Assembly (NCBI GenBank): GCA_002269645.1
Contig: NIVC01000850.1
Coordinates: 248,001-312,000 of the forward strand
DNA length: 64,000 bases
Origin: Macrostomum lignano
Taxonomy: Eukaryota
Direction: 5' to 3'
Within the stretch, counting starts at the first letter, position 1, and the number at the start of each line of letters is the position of its first letter. A program made the translations under genes and the position numbers. Positions 62,408-64,000 of this stretch are shown one piece after another. The notes below the pieces were generated by a model. That model was not told the origin of the DNA, ran no database searches, and saw nothing but the letters and a program-made list of their open reading frames with translations.

Positions 62408-64000
62408 ACCGCCCCTGATAACCCTTGAGAATCGCCCCTGATAACCCTTAAGAATCGCCCCTGATAACCCTTGAGAATCGCCCCTGATAACCCGAGCGAA
62501 TCGCCCCTGATAACCCTTAAGAATCGTCCCTGATAACCCTTGAGAATCGCCCCTGATAACCCTTGAGAATCGCCCCTGATAACCCTTGAGAATCGCCCCT
62601 GATAACCCGAGCGAAGCGCCCCTGATAATCCATAAGAATCGCCCCTGATAATCCGGGAGAATCGCCCCTAAAAACCCGGGAGAATCGCCCCTGACAACCT
62701 ATGAGAATCGCCCCTGATAATCCATAAGAATCGCCCCTGATAATCCGGGAGAATCGCCCCTGATAACCCGGGAGAATCGCCCCTGACAACCTATGAGAAT
62801 CGCCCCTGATAAGCCTTGAGAATCGCCCCTGATAATCCGGGAGAATCGCCCCTGATAACCCTTGAGAATCGCCCCTGATAACCCGAGCGAATCGCCCCTG
62901 ATAACCCTTAAGAATCGCCCCTGATAACCCTTGAGAATCGCCCCTGATAACCCTTGAGAATCGCCCCTGATAACCCTTGAGAATCGCCCCTGATAACCCG
63001 AGCGAAGCGCCCCTGATAATCCATAAGAATCGCCCCTGATAATCCGGGAGAATCGCCCCTAAAAACCCGGGAGAATCGCCCCTGACAACCTATGAGAATC
63101 GCCCCTGATAATCCATAAGAATCGCCCCTGATAATCCGGGAGAATCGCCCCTGATAACCCGGGAGAATCGCCCCTGACAACCTATGAGAATCGCCCCTGA
63201 TAATCCATAAGAATCGCCCCTGATAACCCGGGAGAATCGCCCCTGATAACCCGAGCGAATCGCCCCTGATAATCCATAAGAATCGCCCCTGATAATCCGG
63301 GAGAATCGCCCCTGATAACCCGGGAGAATCGCCCCTGACAACCTATGAGAATCGCCCCTGATAAGCCTTGAGAATCGCCCCTGATAATCCATAAGAATCG
63401 CCCCTGATAACCCGGGAGAATCGCCCCTGATAATCCATAAGAATCGCCCCTGATAACCCATGAGAATCGCCCCTGATAACCCTTGAGAATCGCCCCTGAT
63501 AACCCATGAGAATCGCCCCTGTTAACCCATAAGAATCGCCCCTGATAATTCATAACAATCGCCCCTGATAACTCATGAGAATCGCCCCTGATAACCCGTG
63601 AGAATCGCCCCTGATAAGCCTTGAGAATCGCCCCTGATAACCCTTGAGAATCGCCCCTGATAACCCATGAGAATCGCCCCTGATAACCCTTGAGAATCTC
63701 CCCTGATAACCCTTGAGAATCGCCCCTGATAACCCATGAGAATCGCCCCTGATATCCCTTGAGAATCTCCCCTGATAAACCTTGAGAATCGCCCCTGACA
63801 ACCCGGCAGAATCGCCCCTGATAACCCTTGAGAATCTCCCCTGATAAACCTTGAGAATCTCCCCTGATAACCCTTGAGAATCGCCCCTGACAACCCGGCA
63901 GAATCGCCCCTGATAACCCTTGAGAATCGCCCCTGACAACCCGGCAGAATCGCCCCTGACAACCCGGCAGAATCGCCCCTGATAACCCGGCAGAATAGCC
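62408..64000 (+). repeat. POP1 intron minisatellite, 23 bp
   Basis: AATCGCCCCTGATAACCCTTGAG. Confidence 0.95.

Overview
Eukaryotic invertebrate genomic DNA with GC-rich exons, AT-rich or minisatellite-filled introns and GT-AG splicing. The style suggests a flatworm such as Macrostomum, but the species cannot be proven from sequence. I reconstructed four host genes by hand, checking splice phases. (1) A minus-strand STRA6-like membrane protein: core 15 exons at 730-13406, with a tentative 5' extension to 16269. (2) A divergently transcribed 107-aa secreted prohormone-like gene at 16727-17050. (3) A complete 15-exon ANKAR (ankyrin/armadillo) gene at 22902-60708, about 1434 aa. (4) An early coding exon of POP1 (RNase P/MRP subunit) at 61910-62328. 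Almost every intron larger than about 300 bp carries its own unrelated tandem repeat. The standout feature is an 8.8-kb tyrosine-recombinase (Crypton-like) element in ANKAR intron 6 (30401-39174). It has imperfect terminal inverted repeats flanked by TA and sits inside a (TCTG)n microsatellite. It encodes a spliced protein of chromodomain, triplicated low-complexity exon, Zn-finger motifs, tyrosine recombinase and Myb/SANT-like tail. It also contains an internal end-to-end (attP-like) junction, and a GGTCC-N3-TAA motif recurs at both ends and in its own intronic repeat arrays. Other elements include a tRNA-type SINE (2 copies), several MITE-like elements and two Helitron-like ends flanking one ANKAR exon. 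Most long ORFs in the supplied track are translations of tandem repeats.
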